Below are positions 48,189-58,588 of a DNA stretch of 64,000 nucleotides, one piece after another. The number at the start of each line of letters is the position of its first letter. Positions within the stretch are counted from its first letter, which is position 1. The position numbers and the translations under genes were made by a program. The notes under the pieces were generated by a model. The model had not been told where the DNA came from, made no database searches, and saw only the letters and a program-made list of their open reading frames with translations. The DNA is from Vulcanimicrobiota bacterium (GTDB taxonomy: Bacteria > Vulcanimicrobiota > Vulcanimicrobiia > Vulcanimicrobiales > Vulcanimicrobiaceae), in assembly GCA_963795855.1 (NCBI GenBank), contig CAWCIZ010000001.1, forward strand, positions 160,001-224,000. The letters are read 5' to 3'.

Positions 48189-49507
48189 CGGCGCACGTGC
48201 GCCGCCCGATCGAAATCGACGATTTCGCCCCGGCGCACGCGAATGCGGCCGTTGACCAGAACCAAATCCGCGTTGCCCGGCCTGCAAAACACGAGCGCTG
48301 CAAGTGCGTCGTGCACCGCGCCGCCCGCGAATTCAAGCGCGTCGGCGCGCCAAGCGGCGATGTCCGCGGCCATGCCGGGGGCTATCGCGCCCACGTCGTC
48401 GCGTCCTAAAGCGGAAGCACCGCCGCGAGTCGCGGCATGCAGCACGTCGCGCGCCGATACCGCGCCGGCGCCTGAAACGACGCGCTGAAGCAGCAGCGCA
48501 TGTCTTGCTTCGTCCAGCATATGCGATCCGTCGTTCGAAGCCGATCCGTCCACGCCGAGGCCGACGCGCATGCCGGATGCGATCTGGCGGCGCAGCGGCG
48601 CGATTCCGGAACCGAGCCGCATGTTCGACGTCGCGCAATGCGCGGCGCCGGTTCCCGACGCGCCCAGACGCTCGCACTCTGCTGCCGTAACGTGCACCAC
48701 GTGCGCGTGCCACACGTTCGGACCAATCCATTCCAACCGCTCCGCCAACTCGATCGGGCGGCAGCCGAAGTGCTGCAGGCAATACCGCTCTTCATCGGCG
48801 GTTTCCGCCAGATGCGTATGCGCGTGAATGCCGCGCCGGCGCGCGAACGCAATGCTTTCGCGCATCAGATCCGCGCTGACCGAAAACGGCGAACACGGCG
48901 CGACGACGACGCGCGTCATCGCGTAGCGCGATGCATCGTGATATGCATCCACGACGCGCTCGCAATCCGCGAGAATCGCCTCTTCGTCTTCGACGAGATC
49001 GTCGGGCGGCAGACCGCCGCGCGATACGCCCAGCGACATCGAACCGCGCGCGGCGTGGAAACGTATTCCCATGTCGCGCGCGACCTCGATTTGATCGTCC
49101 AGGCGGCAGCCGTTCGGCCACAGATACATGTGATCGGACGTCGTGGTGCATCCCGATAGCAGCAACTCGGCAATCGCGGTTGCGCTCGCCACTCGCAGCG
49201 CCTCCGGCGTGATGCGCGCCCAAACCGGATAGAGCCGCCGCAGCCAATCGAAAAGTTCCGCGTCTTGCGCGCCCGGGACGGCGCGGGTGAGCGTTTGATA
49301 AAAATGATGGTGCGTGTTGACCAGGCCCGGAACGAGCACCAAATTCGCGCAGTCGATTTCCTCATCGGCGCGCGGCACGGCCGTTCCATTTTCGACGACG
49401 TCCGCGATGACGTTGTCGCGAACGAAAACCGACGCACCGGAAAGCTCGCGGTTCTTTTCATCGAACGTCGCCACGAGCGCGGCATTGCGAAGCAGTATCG
49501 TGCCCAT
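48155..49507 (-). CDS. 8-oxoguanine deaminase-like amidohydrolase
   Basis: PGLVNTHHHFYQTLTRA, SDHMY, PCSPFSVS, HTHLAET, SNMRLGSG, GVDGSASND. Confidence 0.85.
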   Translation of the reverse strand: MGTILLRNAALVATFDEKNRELSGASVFVRDNVIADVVENGTAVPRADEEIDCANLVLVPGLVNTHHHFYQTLTRAVPGAQDAELFDWLRRLYPVWARITPEALRVASATAIAELLLSGCTTTSDHMYLWPNGCRLDDQIEVARDMGIRFHAARGSMSLGVSRGGLPPDDLVEDEEAILADCERVVDAYHDASRYAMTRVVVAPCSPFSVSADLMRESIAFARRRGIHAHTHLAETADEERYCLQHFGCRPIELAERLEWIGPNVWHAHVVHVTAAECERLGASGTGAAHCATSNMRLGSGIAPLRRQIASGMRVGLGVDGSASNDGSHMLDEARHALLLQRVVSGAGAVSARDVLHAATRGGASALGRDDVGAIAPGMAADIAAWRADALEFAGGAVHDALAALVFCRPGNADLVLVNGRIRVRRGEIVDFDRAAHVRRHNEISRGLFA

Positions 49508-49532
49508 TCGTGAGCGGGTACGAGCCGGAACG

Positions 49533-49547
49533 GCGTCTAACCTCGCG
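49533..49547 (+). promoter_or_regulatory. 15-bp motif containing a TAACCT -10-like box, copy 1
   Basis: GCGTCTAACCTCGCG; identical copy at 54123-54137; GTG start 6 nt after TAACCT. Confidence 0.5.
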
Positions 49548-49549
49548 GC

Positions 49550-50469
49550 GTGAGCGTGTACGAGCATCCGCGCGATTTCGTCGGCTACGGTGCGGCCCCG
49601 CCGAACCCGCGCTGGCCGGGCGGCGCGCGGCTCGCGCTGCAGATCGTGATGAATTACGAGGAAGGCTCGGAGTATTCGATCCCGGACGGCGACGGCGTTT
49701 CCGAAACGTATCTCACGGAGGTTCCCGGCGCGGGCCTCGGGCCGGGCAAACGCGATCTGATCGTCGAGTCGATCTACGAATATGGAAGCCGCGCCGGATT
49801 TTGGCGGCTCATGCGGTTATTCGCCGAGCGCGAGATGCGCGTCACCGTTTTCGCCGCGGCGCTCGCACTCGAGCGCAATCCCGCCGCGGCTGCGGCCATT
49901 CGCGACGCCGGACATGAGGTTTGTTCGCACGGCTGGCGTTGGGTCGGCTTTCAGGACATGAGCGAAGAGCGGGAGCGCGACGAGATGCGGCGCGCGATTG
50001 CGTCGATCGCAAGTACGATCGGCGAACGCCCCTACGGATGGTATTGCCGCTACGCGCCCAGCGTTCGAACGCGGCGGCTCGTCGTCGAAGAGGGCGGCTT
50101 CTTATACGATTCCGATGCTTACAACGACGACTTGCCGTACTGGGTCGACGTCGGCGGCAAACGGCACCTGGTTATTCCGTACACGCTCGACGTCAACGAC
50201 ATGAAGTTTTCGGTCGCCCCCGGATTCTCGGCTCCGTCCGGTTTTTACGAATATCTGCGCGACGCGTTCGACGTGCTGTATCGCGAAGGAAAAACGCATC
50301 CGAAGATGCTCTCCGTCGGGCTGCACGCGCGTCTGGCCGGAAGACCGGGACGCGCGGGCGCGCTCGAGCGTTTTCTCGACTACGTCAGGCAGTTCGACGA
50401 CGTTTGGATCTGCCGCCGCATCGACATCGCGCAAGCCACTGGATCGCCACGCATCCCGCCGATGTTTAG
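49550..50469 (+). CDS. puuE: Allantoinase PuuE (polysaccharide deacetylase fold); frameshift near 50433
   Basis: PRDFVGYG, NYEEG, ESIYEYGSRAG, HGWRW, DDLPYW, PYTLDVND; true end is RRIDIA-HWIATHPADV* in the shifted frame. Confidence 0.9.
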
Positions 50470-51682
50470 CAACGTCGCCGCGCGGCTGGCGCAGCTCGCC
50501 GAGATCGGCAAACACGCCGGCGGCATCGATCGTGCTCCGGCGACACCCGCGGAACGCCGCGCGCGCGAGCTCTTCGTGCAGTGGGCGCGCGAGGGCCGGC
50601 GCGAAGTGCGGCAAGATCGCGTCGGCAACGTGTTCGCTAAACGGGGCGGCACGCGCGACGGTGCAGCGCCGATCCTCACCGGTTCGCACTTGGATACCGT
50701 GCCTACCGGCGGTGCGTACGACGGCGCGTATGGCGTGGCCGGCGCGCTCGGCGCGCTGCAATTGCTCGACGAACGCCGCATCGAGACGGCGCATCCGGTG
50801 GAAGCCGTTGCATGGACGGGAGAAGAGGGCAGCCGTTTTCCGCTCGGGTGTTTGGGAAGTTCCGCGTTTTGCGGCGTGCGATCGATCGATGACGTGCTCT
50901 CGTTGCGCGACGAGCAAGGCATTTCGCTGCGCGACGCGCTCGCTGACGACGCGCATGGATTGCTTCCGCGCGTGCCGATGCGCGAAGCGGACGGCATCGC
51001 GGCGTATTTGGAATTGCACGTCGAGCAAGGCCCCGTGCTCGAACGCGAAGGCGTCCCGCTCGGCGTCGTCACGGCAATCGCCGGTCAGCGCCGGTACCGC
51101 ATCACCGTCGACGGCGGGAGCGGACACGCCGGTACCGTGCCGATGGATTTGCGCGCAGATGCGCTTTGCGCCGCTGCGGAATTGATTCTGCAGGCCGAAT
51201 CGTCGGCGCGCAGCACAAAGGCGTTCGCGACCGTCGGCCGTTTGAGCGTCGAGCCGGGCGGAACGAACGTCATTCCGGCGCGAGCGCGGTTTTCTCTCGA
51301 CGTGCGCGGCACGTCGGACGAAACGATCGACGCGATCGAGACCGCGGTGCGCGAGAAGGCCCGTGCAGTGGAACGGGCGCGCGCGGTTCACGTGACCATC
51401 GAGCGCCTCGAAGCACGCGCGCCCGCACTGATGGACGAACGCGTGCGCGCAGCGGTTCATCGAGGCATCGCTTCGCTGGGCGAACGCGCCGTCGACATTC
51501 CGAGCGGTGCCGGTCACGACGCGATGTGTCTGGCGCAGATTGCGCCGGCCGCGATGATTTTCGTGCCGAGCGCGGGCGGCCGCAGTCACGTGCGCCAGGA
51601 GTACACTGCCGACGCCGATCTCAATCGCGGCGTCGAAGCGCTGGCCGCCGCCATCGTCGAGGTCGACGCGGCGATCGCCTAG
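50462..51682 (+). CDS. Allantoate amidohydrolase / N-carbamoylase (M20 family)
   Basis: GSHLDTVP.GG.YDG.YGV, EEGSRF, ELHVEQGP, HAGTVPM, NVIP, SGAGHDA, SH. Confidence 0.88.
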   Translation: MFSNVAARLAQLAEIGKHAGGIDRAPATPAERRARELFVQWAREGRREVRQDRVGNVFAKRGGTRDGAAPILTGSHLDTVPTGGAYDGAYGVAGALGALQLLDERRIETAHPVEAVAWTGEEGSRFPLGCLGSSAFCGVRSIDDVLSLRDEQGISLRDALADDAHGLLPRVPMREADGIAAYLELHVEQGPVLEREGVPLGVVTAIAGQRRYRITVDGGSGHAGTVPMDLRADALCAAAELILQAESSARSTKAFATVGRLSVEPGGTNVIPARARFSLDVRGTSDETIDAIETAVREKARAVERARAVHVTIERLEARAPALMDERVRAAVHRGIASLGERAVDIPSGAGHDAMCLAQIAPAAMIFVPSAGGRSHVRQEYTADADLNRGVEALAAAIVEVDAAIA

Positions 51683-51695
51683 AATGCACGCGCCG

Positions 51696-52073
51696 ATGCG
51701 ATTTTTCATCTGCGGTTCGGCATTGCGCGGACAGCCCGACCACAAAAATCTTGGTGACGCGACGTTCTTGGGCGAGGCTCGCACGGCGCCGCGATATCGG
51801 CTGCATTCGGTTCGCGACGAACATCCGGGAATCTATGAAGTGGATGATGGCGGAATTTCCATTGCCGGCGAACTGTACGAATTCACCGAAGAGCAGCACG
51901 GCCATCTGCTCGAGACCGAACCGCCGGACTTGTACGAAGCGCCGATCCTGCTCGACGACGGCTCCAGCGTCAACGCCATGGTGTATCCGCGCGAACTAAT
52001 CGAAGAGCGCGGCTATCGCGATATTTCGCAATTCGGCGGCTGGGCTGCGTTCAAACGTCAGCTTCCGCGATAG
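51696..52073 (+). CDS. Stand-alone allophanate-hydrolase C-terminal / GGCT-like domain protein
   Basis: ICGSALRG, TAPRYRL, PG, IAGELY, LDDG, DISQFGGWAAF. Confidence 0.7.
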   Translation: MRFFICGSALRGQPDHKNLGDATFLGEARTAPRYRLHSVRDEHPGIYEVDDGGISIAGELYEFTEEQHGHLLETEPPDLYEAPILLDDGSSVNAMVYPRELIEERGYRDISQFGGWAAFKRQLPR

Positions 52074-52387
52074 GTCGAGTATCCCCACGGCGAGAGCAGC
52101 AGCGGCACGTGATGGTGCCGCTCCTCCGCGACGCGAAACCTGATCGGAATCCGGTCGTAAAACGTTTGCGTTCCCGCGGCTTCGAAATACGCGCCCGCGT
52201 TGAACTCCAGTTCGTATTCTCCGGCGGGTAAATCACCGCCGAACGGCGCGGGGATGCGGCCGTCGCCATCGGTGGTACTGCGCGCCAATTCATCGCGTCC
52301 TCGCTCCGTAAACTTGTACAGCGCGACCTCGAGATTCGCGGCCGGGACGCCGCGCGAGAGATCCAGCACGTGGGTCGACACCGTCAT
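52058..52387 (-). CDS. uraH: 5-hydroxyisourate hydrolase
   Basis: STHVLD..G.PA, TDGDGR, HVPLLLSPWGYSTYRGS. Confidence 0.95.
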   Translation of the reverse strand: MTVSTHVLDLSRGVPAANLEVALYKFTERGRDELARSTTDGDGRIPAPFGGDLPAGEYELEFNAGAYFEAAGTQTFYDRIPIRFRVAEERHHHVPLLLSPWGYSTYRGS

Positions 52388-53571
52388 GGTTTGGCTCCTT
52401 GCGAAATCCAAGCGCCGACGAGCGATCGTTCTTCCGGCGTCATGTGCGTCGCGTTTCCGAGCGGCATCGCGTGCGATGCGACGGCCTGCGCGTAAACGCG
52501 CTGCGCGTTCAGTGCGATGTCGTGCGCGTCATCGAGCAGTACGCCTGCAGGCGGCGCGCTAAACCCGGGCTGCGCCGGATGGGGTGAATGGCACACCGCG
52601 CAGCGCTGCTGAAAGATCGGAGCGACGCGCGCGAACGAAACGTTTCCGGCCGGCGCGCTCGGCGTCTGCGGCAGCGCGACGATCGCAGCGGCGGCAACGA
52701 TTAATGCGGCGCCCGCGGGCAATGCGACGACGAGCCGGTGTTTGTGCGAGAGAATGAAAAAGTACCGCACGGCGACGCCGGCGCAGCCGAGCAGCACGAG
52801 CACCAGCCAGCCGTAGCCGTTCGCGTACGTCATCGGATAATGGTTGCTGATCATCGTGAAGAGCACGGGAAGCGTGAGATACGTGTTGTGGACCGAACGG
52901 ATCTTGCCCAAGCGTCCCGGACGGGGATCGGGGCTGCGCCCATCCCGAATTTGCGCGAGCATCTTTCGCTGTCCCGGAATGATGACGAAAAATACGTTCG
53001 CGACCATGATGGTTCCGATAATCGCACCGACGTGAATGTACGCAGCGCGGCCGCTGAAGACGTGCTGCAACCCGAACGCCGATGCGGCAAGCAGGACGAA
53101 AATCAGGATGCTGAGTAGCCGCGGACGCGATTCCAAAACGCGGCAGAGCACGTCGTAAACGACCCAGCCTGCGACGAGCGTTCCGAGACTGATCAGAATT
53201 GCTTGCGCGGGCGTGAGGCGCAGCACCGCCGGGTCGATGAGAAACGTGCTCGCGTTCGCATAATACACCAGTGCGAGCATGGCGAGCCCCGAAAGCCACG
53301 TGCTGTACGCTTCCCATTTGAACCAGTGCAGGTTTTCCGGCAGCGGCCGGTCGGTGGGGCCGGTTGGATATTTCTGGTTGTGATAAAATCCGCCGCCGTG
53401 CACCGCCCACAATTCGCCGAGGATGCCGCGTGAGCGTTCGGCGTCACGCGGCGGGTCGAGGCTGTCGTCCAACCAGATGAAATAAAATGACGCGCCGATC
53501 CACGATATTCCGGCGACGAAGTGAAACCAGCGCGCGAGCAAACTGAGCCACTCGAGCACGTACGCGCTCAT
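52384..53571 (-). CDS. puuD: Membrane urate hydroxylase PuuD with c-type heme
   Basis: RWFHFVAGISWIGASFYF, WAVHGGGFY, HWFKWEAY, RSVHNTYLTLPV, MISNHYP, CAVCH, MPLGN. Confidence 0.9.
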   Translation of the reverse strand: MSAYVLEWLSLLARWFHFVAGISWIGASFYFIWLDDSLDPPRDAERSRGILGELWAVHGGGFYHNQKYPTGPTDRPLPENLHWFKWEAYSTWLSGLAMLALVYYANASTFLIDPAVLRLTPAQAILISLGTLVAGWVVYDVLCRVLESRPRLLSILIFVLLAASAFGLQHVFSGRAAYIHVGAIIGTIMVANVFFVIIPGQRKMLAQIRDGRSPDPRPGRLGKIRSVHNTYLTLPVLFTMISNHYPMTYANGYGWLVLVLLGCAGVAVRYFFILSHKHRLVVALPAGAALIVAAAAIVALPQTPSAPAGNVSFARVAPIFQQRCAVCHSPHPAQPGFSAPPAGVLLDDAHDIALNAQRVYAQAVASHAMPLGNATHMTPEERSLVGAWISQGAKP

Positions 53572-54078
53572 CGGTCGGTCACCGTATCCTGCAAACGCAG
53601 CCGCGCGATCTTCGCGATCTCCTGCAACGCTTCGCGCATTTCGCCGTGCCGGTCGTGGGCCAAACGCGCGTCCAAAGCTTCGAGAATCGTCTCTTTGCTG
53701 TGCTCCCGCACGCAGATGACGAACGGGAATCCGAAATGCGCGCGATACGCGTCGTTCGCCTTCTCGAAGCGGGCGATCTCCGCCGGCGAGAGCCGCTCCA
53801 AACCGGCGGAGCGCTGTTCGTTCGCCGACGCCGGCGTCAAGCGCCCTTCGCGAGCGACTCGCCCTGCGAGATCCGGGATGCGCCGCAATGAGCGCCGTCT
53901 GCCGCTCTTCCGTTGCGCGTTCGACGACCGCAGCGAGCGCGGAGTGAAGCTCGGCGACGGTGCGAAAAGGTCGCCGGTTCGCGGCTTCCCGCGCGATCCA
54001 AGGCGAGCCTTCGAACGCGAATCCGACGGCGTCGACAAACGCGTCCGTGTCCATGGCGTTCAACTGCTCGATCGTCAC
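53568..54078 (-). CDS. uraD: OHCU decarboxylase; frameshift near 53875
   Basis: FEGSPW, AHP/DLAG, EQ.SAGL, Y..HFGFPFVICV, IAKIARLRL. Confidence 0.88.
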
Positions 54079-54122
54079 GGCTCGTACTTCAGGCGCGGCG
54101 CGGCGGGTGCCTTTCGCGATGC

Positions 54123-54137
54123 GCGTCTAACCTCGCG
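54123..54137 (+). promoter_or_regulatory. 15-bp motif containing a TAACCT -10-like box, copy 2
   Basis: GCGTCTAACCTCGCG; GTG start 8 nt after TAACCT. Confidence 0.5.
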
Positions 54138-54141
54138 CCCC

Positions 54142-55327
54142 GTGAATACCGGCGATTTGCTCGCGGGATACGACCGTTCCGCGCTCACCCTGTGCTCCAT
54201 CGGCAGCCACTCCGCACTCGAAGTGGCGTACGGCGCTCGCGCGCAAGGGCTGCGCAATTTGGTCGTGACGGCGAAGGGCCGCGAAAAGACGTACACGCAG
54301 TACTACGCGCGCCGGCCGGATCCGCCTCGCGGATGCGTGGATGAAACGCTCGAACTCGGCGCATTTACCGAGTTGCTTCGCGACGACGTCCAGCAGCAGC
54401 TGCGCGAGCGCAACGTCGATTTTTCTCGCGAACCGCTCCTTCGAGGTCTATCTGCATCAGCAGTTCTGCTACGACGAGATCGAGCGCGGCATGAAGGTGC
54501 CGATGTTCGGCAACCGGCGCTTGCTGCGCGCCGAGGAGCGCGACGAAGAGCACAATCAGTACGCGCTGATGCAGCGAGCGGGGATCCGCCACCCGCTGCA
54601 GTTCGCTTCGCCGGACGAAATCGATCGCCTGGTGATGGTGAAAGCGCCGCACGCGAAGGTGAGTTTCGAACGCGCGTTTTTTCTTTGCTCCTCGCCGCAA
54701 GAATACCGCGATGTTTCGCAGCGGTTGATACGCGACGGCATGCTGACGCAAGCGGGCCTGCAGAACGCCGTCATCGAGGAATACGCGCTCGGCCCATCCG
54801 TGAATCTGAATTTTTTCTATTCGCCGATTTTTGGCGAGTTGGAATTGAGCGGAACCGACACGCGGCGCCAAACGAATCTCGAGGGTTTTCGCAACGTGCC
54901 GCCCGCTGCGTTCGAGGCGCTGCGCAACGTACCGATGCGGTTGGAAGAAGCGGGCCACATCGCGGCGACGCTGACGGAATCGACGCTGGAAAAGGCGTTC
55001 GAGATGGGCGAGCGATTCATGAGGGCCGCGCGCGAAGCGAATCCGCCGGGCGTCATCGGCCCGTTTGCGCTGCAATGCATCATCGTTGCCGGGCCGCCGA
55101 AAGAGTTCGTCTGCTACGACGTTTCATTGCGCATCCCGGGATCGCCGGGAACGCGTTTCACGCCGTACTCGGCTTACCGCTGGGGACGCGACGTTTCCGT
55201 GGGCGAGCGCATTGCGATGGAAGTCGTTTTGCGCGCGACGCGCCGGTTCGAGAATTCTCACGTAAAACGTCGGAGGAACGATATGACGTCACATCAAGGG
55301 AACCGTCACCCTGAAGGCCCGAGCTGA
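54142..55327 (+). CDS. Second PurP-like ATP-grasp protein (DUF1246/DUF1297); frameshift near 54418, 3' end uncertain
   Basis: SIGSHSALEV..GA, NRSFEVY, FGNR.LL..EER, NFFYSP, DTRRQTN, PPGVIGPFALQ, DVSLRIPG. Confidence 0.82.
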
Positions 55328-55762
55328 AGGGCGACCGGCGCCCGATTCACGTTGTCACGGACTTGCAACCGTTACGCTGGACGCGTAACGCAGAACGGAC
55401 GCGCAACGCACTGCTGATCGTCGTGCCGTCGCTCGACACCGGCGTGTGTTCGATGGAATCGCAAATTCAACGCGCGCATCGGCGAATTGCCGGCCGACTT
55501 GCGCTTATGTCGTAAGCCGCGATCTGCCGTTTGCGCAGGCGCGCTGGGCGAAGAGCAGGGCGACGTGAACTCGCTCTCTCCGATACCGATCCAGATTTCG
55601 GCCGGGTCGGCGTACTGATAGGACTGGATTGCTGGCGCGCTCGTCTTCATCATCGGAAAGACAAGACGATCCTTACAAGCAAATCGTCCCGAGGTCGCAG
55701 GAGCCGGACTACGAGACGTCATCGCGGCCGCGCCCGCACGTCGTCGGCGGTAAACGCATACG

Positions 55763-57314
55763 ATGACGCCTGCGACCGCAACCGTCTTCATTCTCGACTT
55801 CGGCGCTCAGTACAGCCAACTGATCGCGCGGCGCATGCGCGAGGCAACGTGTACTGCGAATCGTTCCGTACGACACGCCGTGGAGCGACTTCGCGCGCAG
55901 CCGCGGCATAATCTTGAGCGGCGGCCCGGAAAGCACGCTCGTGCCCGATGCGCCGCAGATGGATCCGGCGATCATTCGCAGCGGCGTGCCGATTCTCGGG
56001 CATCTGTTACGGCATGCAACTCGTCGCGCGCGAATGCGGCGGCGGAACTGGTCAAACTCGATCATGCGGAGTACGGACCCGCGACGCTGCTGGCCGTTCG
56101 ATCCCGAGACGCCGCTGTTCGAAGGCGTTCCGACGCGAATCGCGCGTGTGGATGTCGCACGGCGACTCGGTTGTGCGCATGCCGGAAGGTTTCGACAAGC
56201 CGGCTCGACGGCCCGCTGCAACGTTGCGGCCATGGCGAACGACGAGCGCAAAATGTACGGCGTGCAGTTTCATCCCGAAGTCGTGCACACCGAATACGGC
56301 AAGCAAGTCATCAACAATTTTCTGCACCGCGATTGCCGGCATCGCCTCCGACTGGCAGATGGAATCGTTCGTCGATCGCGCCGATCGCGCGAGATTCGCG
56401 AAAAGGCCGGCGGAGCGACAAAGTGATCTGCGCGCTTTCGGGCGGCGTCGACTCGGCGGTCGCGGCGACGCTCGTCTCGCGCGCGATCGGCGAGCAACTC
56501 ACGTGCATCTTCGTCGATCACGGCTTGCTGCGCAAGAACGAAGCGGAGCGCGTCGATCGAAGCGTTTCGCGACGTCATGCATCTGAACGTCGTTGCAGTC
56601 GACGCGCGCGAACGCTTTCTGGACAAACTCGCGCGGCGTCGAGGACCCGGAACAGAAGCGCATCATCATCGGGCACGAGTTCATTCGCGTGTTCGAAGAA
56701 GAAGCGGCGAAGATTCCGGGCGTCAAGTACTTCGTGCAAGGCACGCTGTATCCGGACGTCATCGAATCGAAAACGCCGGAAAGCAAAGCCGGCCACAAAA
56801 TCAAGTCGCACCACAACGTCGGCGGCCTTCCGGAACAGATGAGCTTCGCGCTGATCGAGCCGCTGCGCGCGCTCTTCAAAGACGAAGTGCGCGCGGTCGG
56901 GCGCGTGCTGGGATTGCCCGAGCACATCGTGCAGCGTCAGCCGTTCCCGGGTCCCGGTTTGGCCGTGCGCATCATCGATGCGATTACCGAAGAACGCTTG
57001 CACTGGTGCGCGAAGCGGACGCGATCGTCTGCGAAGAGATCGACAGCGCCGTGCTCGATCCCAAGCCGTGGCAGTATTTCGCCGTGCTCACGCCGGTGAA
57101 GAGCGTCGGCGTGATGGGCGACGGCCGCACGTATTCGAATCTCGTTGCAGTGCGCGCGATTACGAGCGAAGACGGCATGACGGCGGACTGGGCGCGCCTG
57201 CCGTACGAATTGCTCGAACGCATCAGCACGCGCATCGTGAACGAAGTCCCGGGCGTGAACCGCGTCGCGTACGACATCACCTCGAAGCCGCCGTCGACGG
57301 TCGAATGGGAATAG
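55763..57314 (+). CDS. guaA: GMP synthase (glutamine-hydrolysing); multiple frameshifts
   Basis: [75 protein letters not shown], across all three frames. Confidence 0.92.
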
Positions 57315-57318
57315 CGCC

Positions 57319-58586
57319 GTGAGAATTCTCGTCGTCGGCGCGGGCGCACGGGAAGATGCGCTGTCGTGGCGTTTGCGCAGTCGCCGTCGTGCGAAGCGAT
57401 CTTTGCCGCGCCGGGAAACGCCGGCACCGCGTCGCGCGGCGAAAATTGGAACGTGCCGCCGACCGACGGCAAAGCGATTGCCGCGCGTTGCGTGAAGAGA
57501 GCATCGATCTCGTCGGTGCTCGGACCCGAAGTCGCGATCGCCGCGGGCGTCGGCGATCGGTTGCGCGAGGCCGGCATAGCCGTGTTCGGCCCAAACCGCT
57601 CGGGCGGACGCCTGGAGTCCAGCAAGATCTTTGCCAAGCGCTTCATGGAACGGCACGGCGTCCCGACGGCGCGCGCCGTCGTCGTCCATTCGCTCGAGGG
57701 CGCGGTGAAAGCGCTCGAAGAGTGGAGCGGCGCCGTCGTCGTCAAAGCCGACGGTTTGGCGGCGGGCAAGGGTGTAGTGGTCGCCGACGATGCGCAAGCG
57801 CGCGCGTGACGTGCTGCAGGATTGGTACGGCGGAAATCGCGTTCCCGGCGGCGGCAACGACGTGCTGCTCGAAGAAAAACTCGAAGGGCGCGAAGTCAGC
57901 GTTTTCGCGCTTTGCGACGGACGCGCGATGTTTCCGATCGCATCGGCATGCGATTACAAACGCGCCGGCGACGGCGACACCGGTCCGAACACCGGCGGCA
58001 TGGGCGCATATTCGCCGCCGAAAGGGTTTCCGGCGGATCTCGAAGATCGAGTGCGCGAGCGCATTCTCGCGCCGGTATTGCGCGGATTGCTCGCGGAAGG
58101 CGAGCAGTACATCGGCGTTCTGTATTGCGGTTTGATGTGGACCGAAGACGGACCGTCGGTGATCGAGTTCAACGTGCGCTTCGGCGATCCCGAAACGCAA
58201 GTGCTGATGCCGCGCGTGACCGGCGACTTTGCCGCATTGTTGAAATCCGCCGCCGACGGCGCGCTCGATCTGAGCGCGGCATCATTTGCGGCGCGCGCGT
58301 GCGTCGGCGTCGTAGTCGCGACGGCGGATTATCCACGCAGCAGCACGCCGCTGAGTGGGCTGCCGCGCGACGTCGACCTCGGGCTGGACGCTCAAGTGTT
58401 TTGGGGCGGTTCGAGTGTGGACGGCGGCACGATCGTCATCCGGCGGCGGCCGCGTGCTTACGGTCACGGGCCTGGGCAACGATCTGGATTCGGCGCGCTT
58501 GCGGGCATACGACGCCGTGCAAGATCTTGCATCGCGCATTCGGCGCGCGCGGCTTGACCTATCGCACCGACATCGCGAAGGTGTAG
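57319..58586 (+). CDS. purD: Phosphoribosylamine-glycine ligase; multiple frameshifts
   Basis: ILVVGAGARE, APGNAG, GPE, LESSKIFAK, KADGLAAGKGV, GPNTGGMG, EFNVRFGDPETQ, GGRVL, YRTDI. Confidence 0.92.
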
Positions 58587-58588
58587 AT

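Noticed and set aside
49550..51682. 710-aa PuuE-allantoate amidohydrolase fusion
   Set aside because: The PuuE C-terminus (HWIATHPADV*) is in the adjacent frame and the second gene has its own ATG at 50462; one extra base near 50433 explains the fusion.
52384..54078. 564-aa UraD-PuuD fusion
   Set aside because: The UraD second half is in the shifted frame and ends at 53568, overlapping the puuD ATG; an indel artifact.
55372..55791. 139-aa minus-strand ORF
   Set aside because: Lies in the most error-rich stretch, overlaps the guaA start and has no recognisable family.
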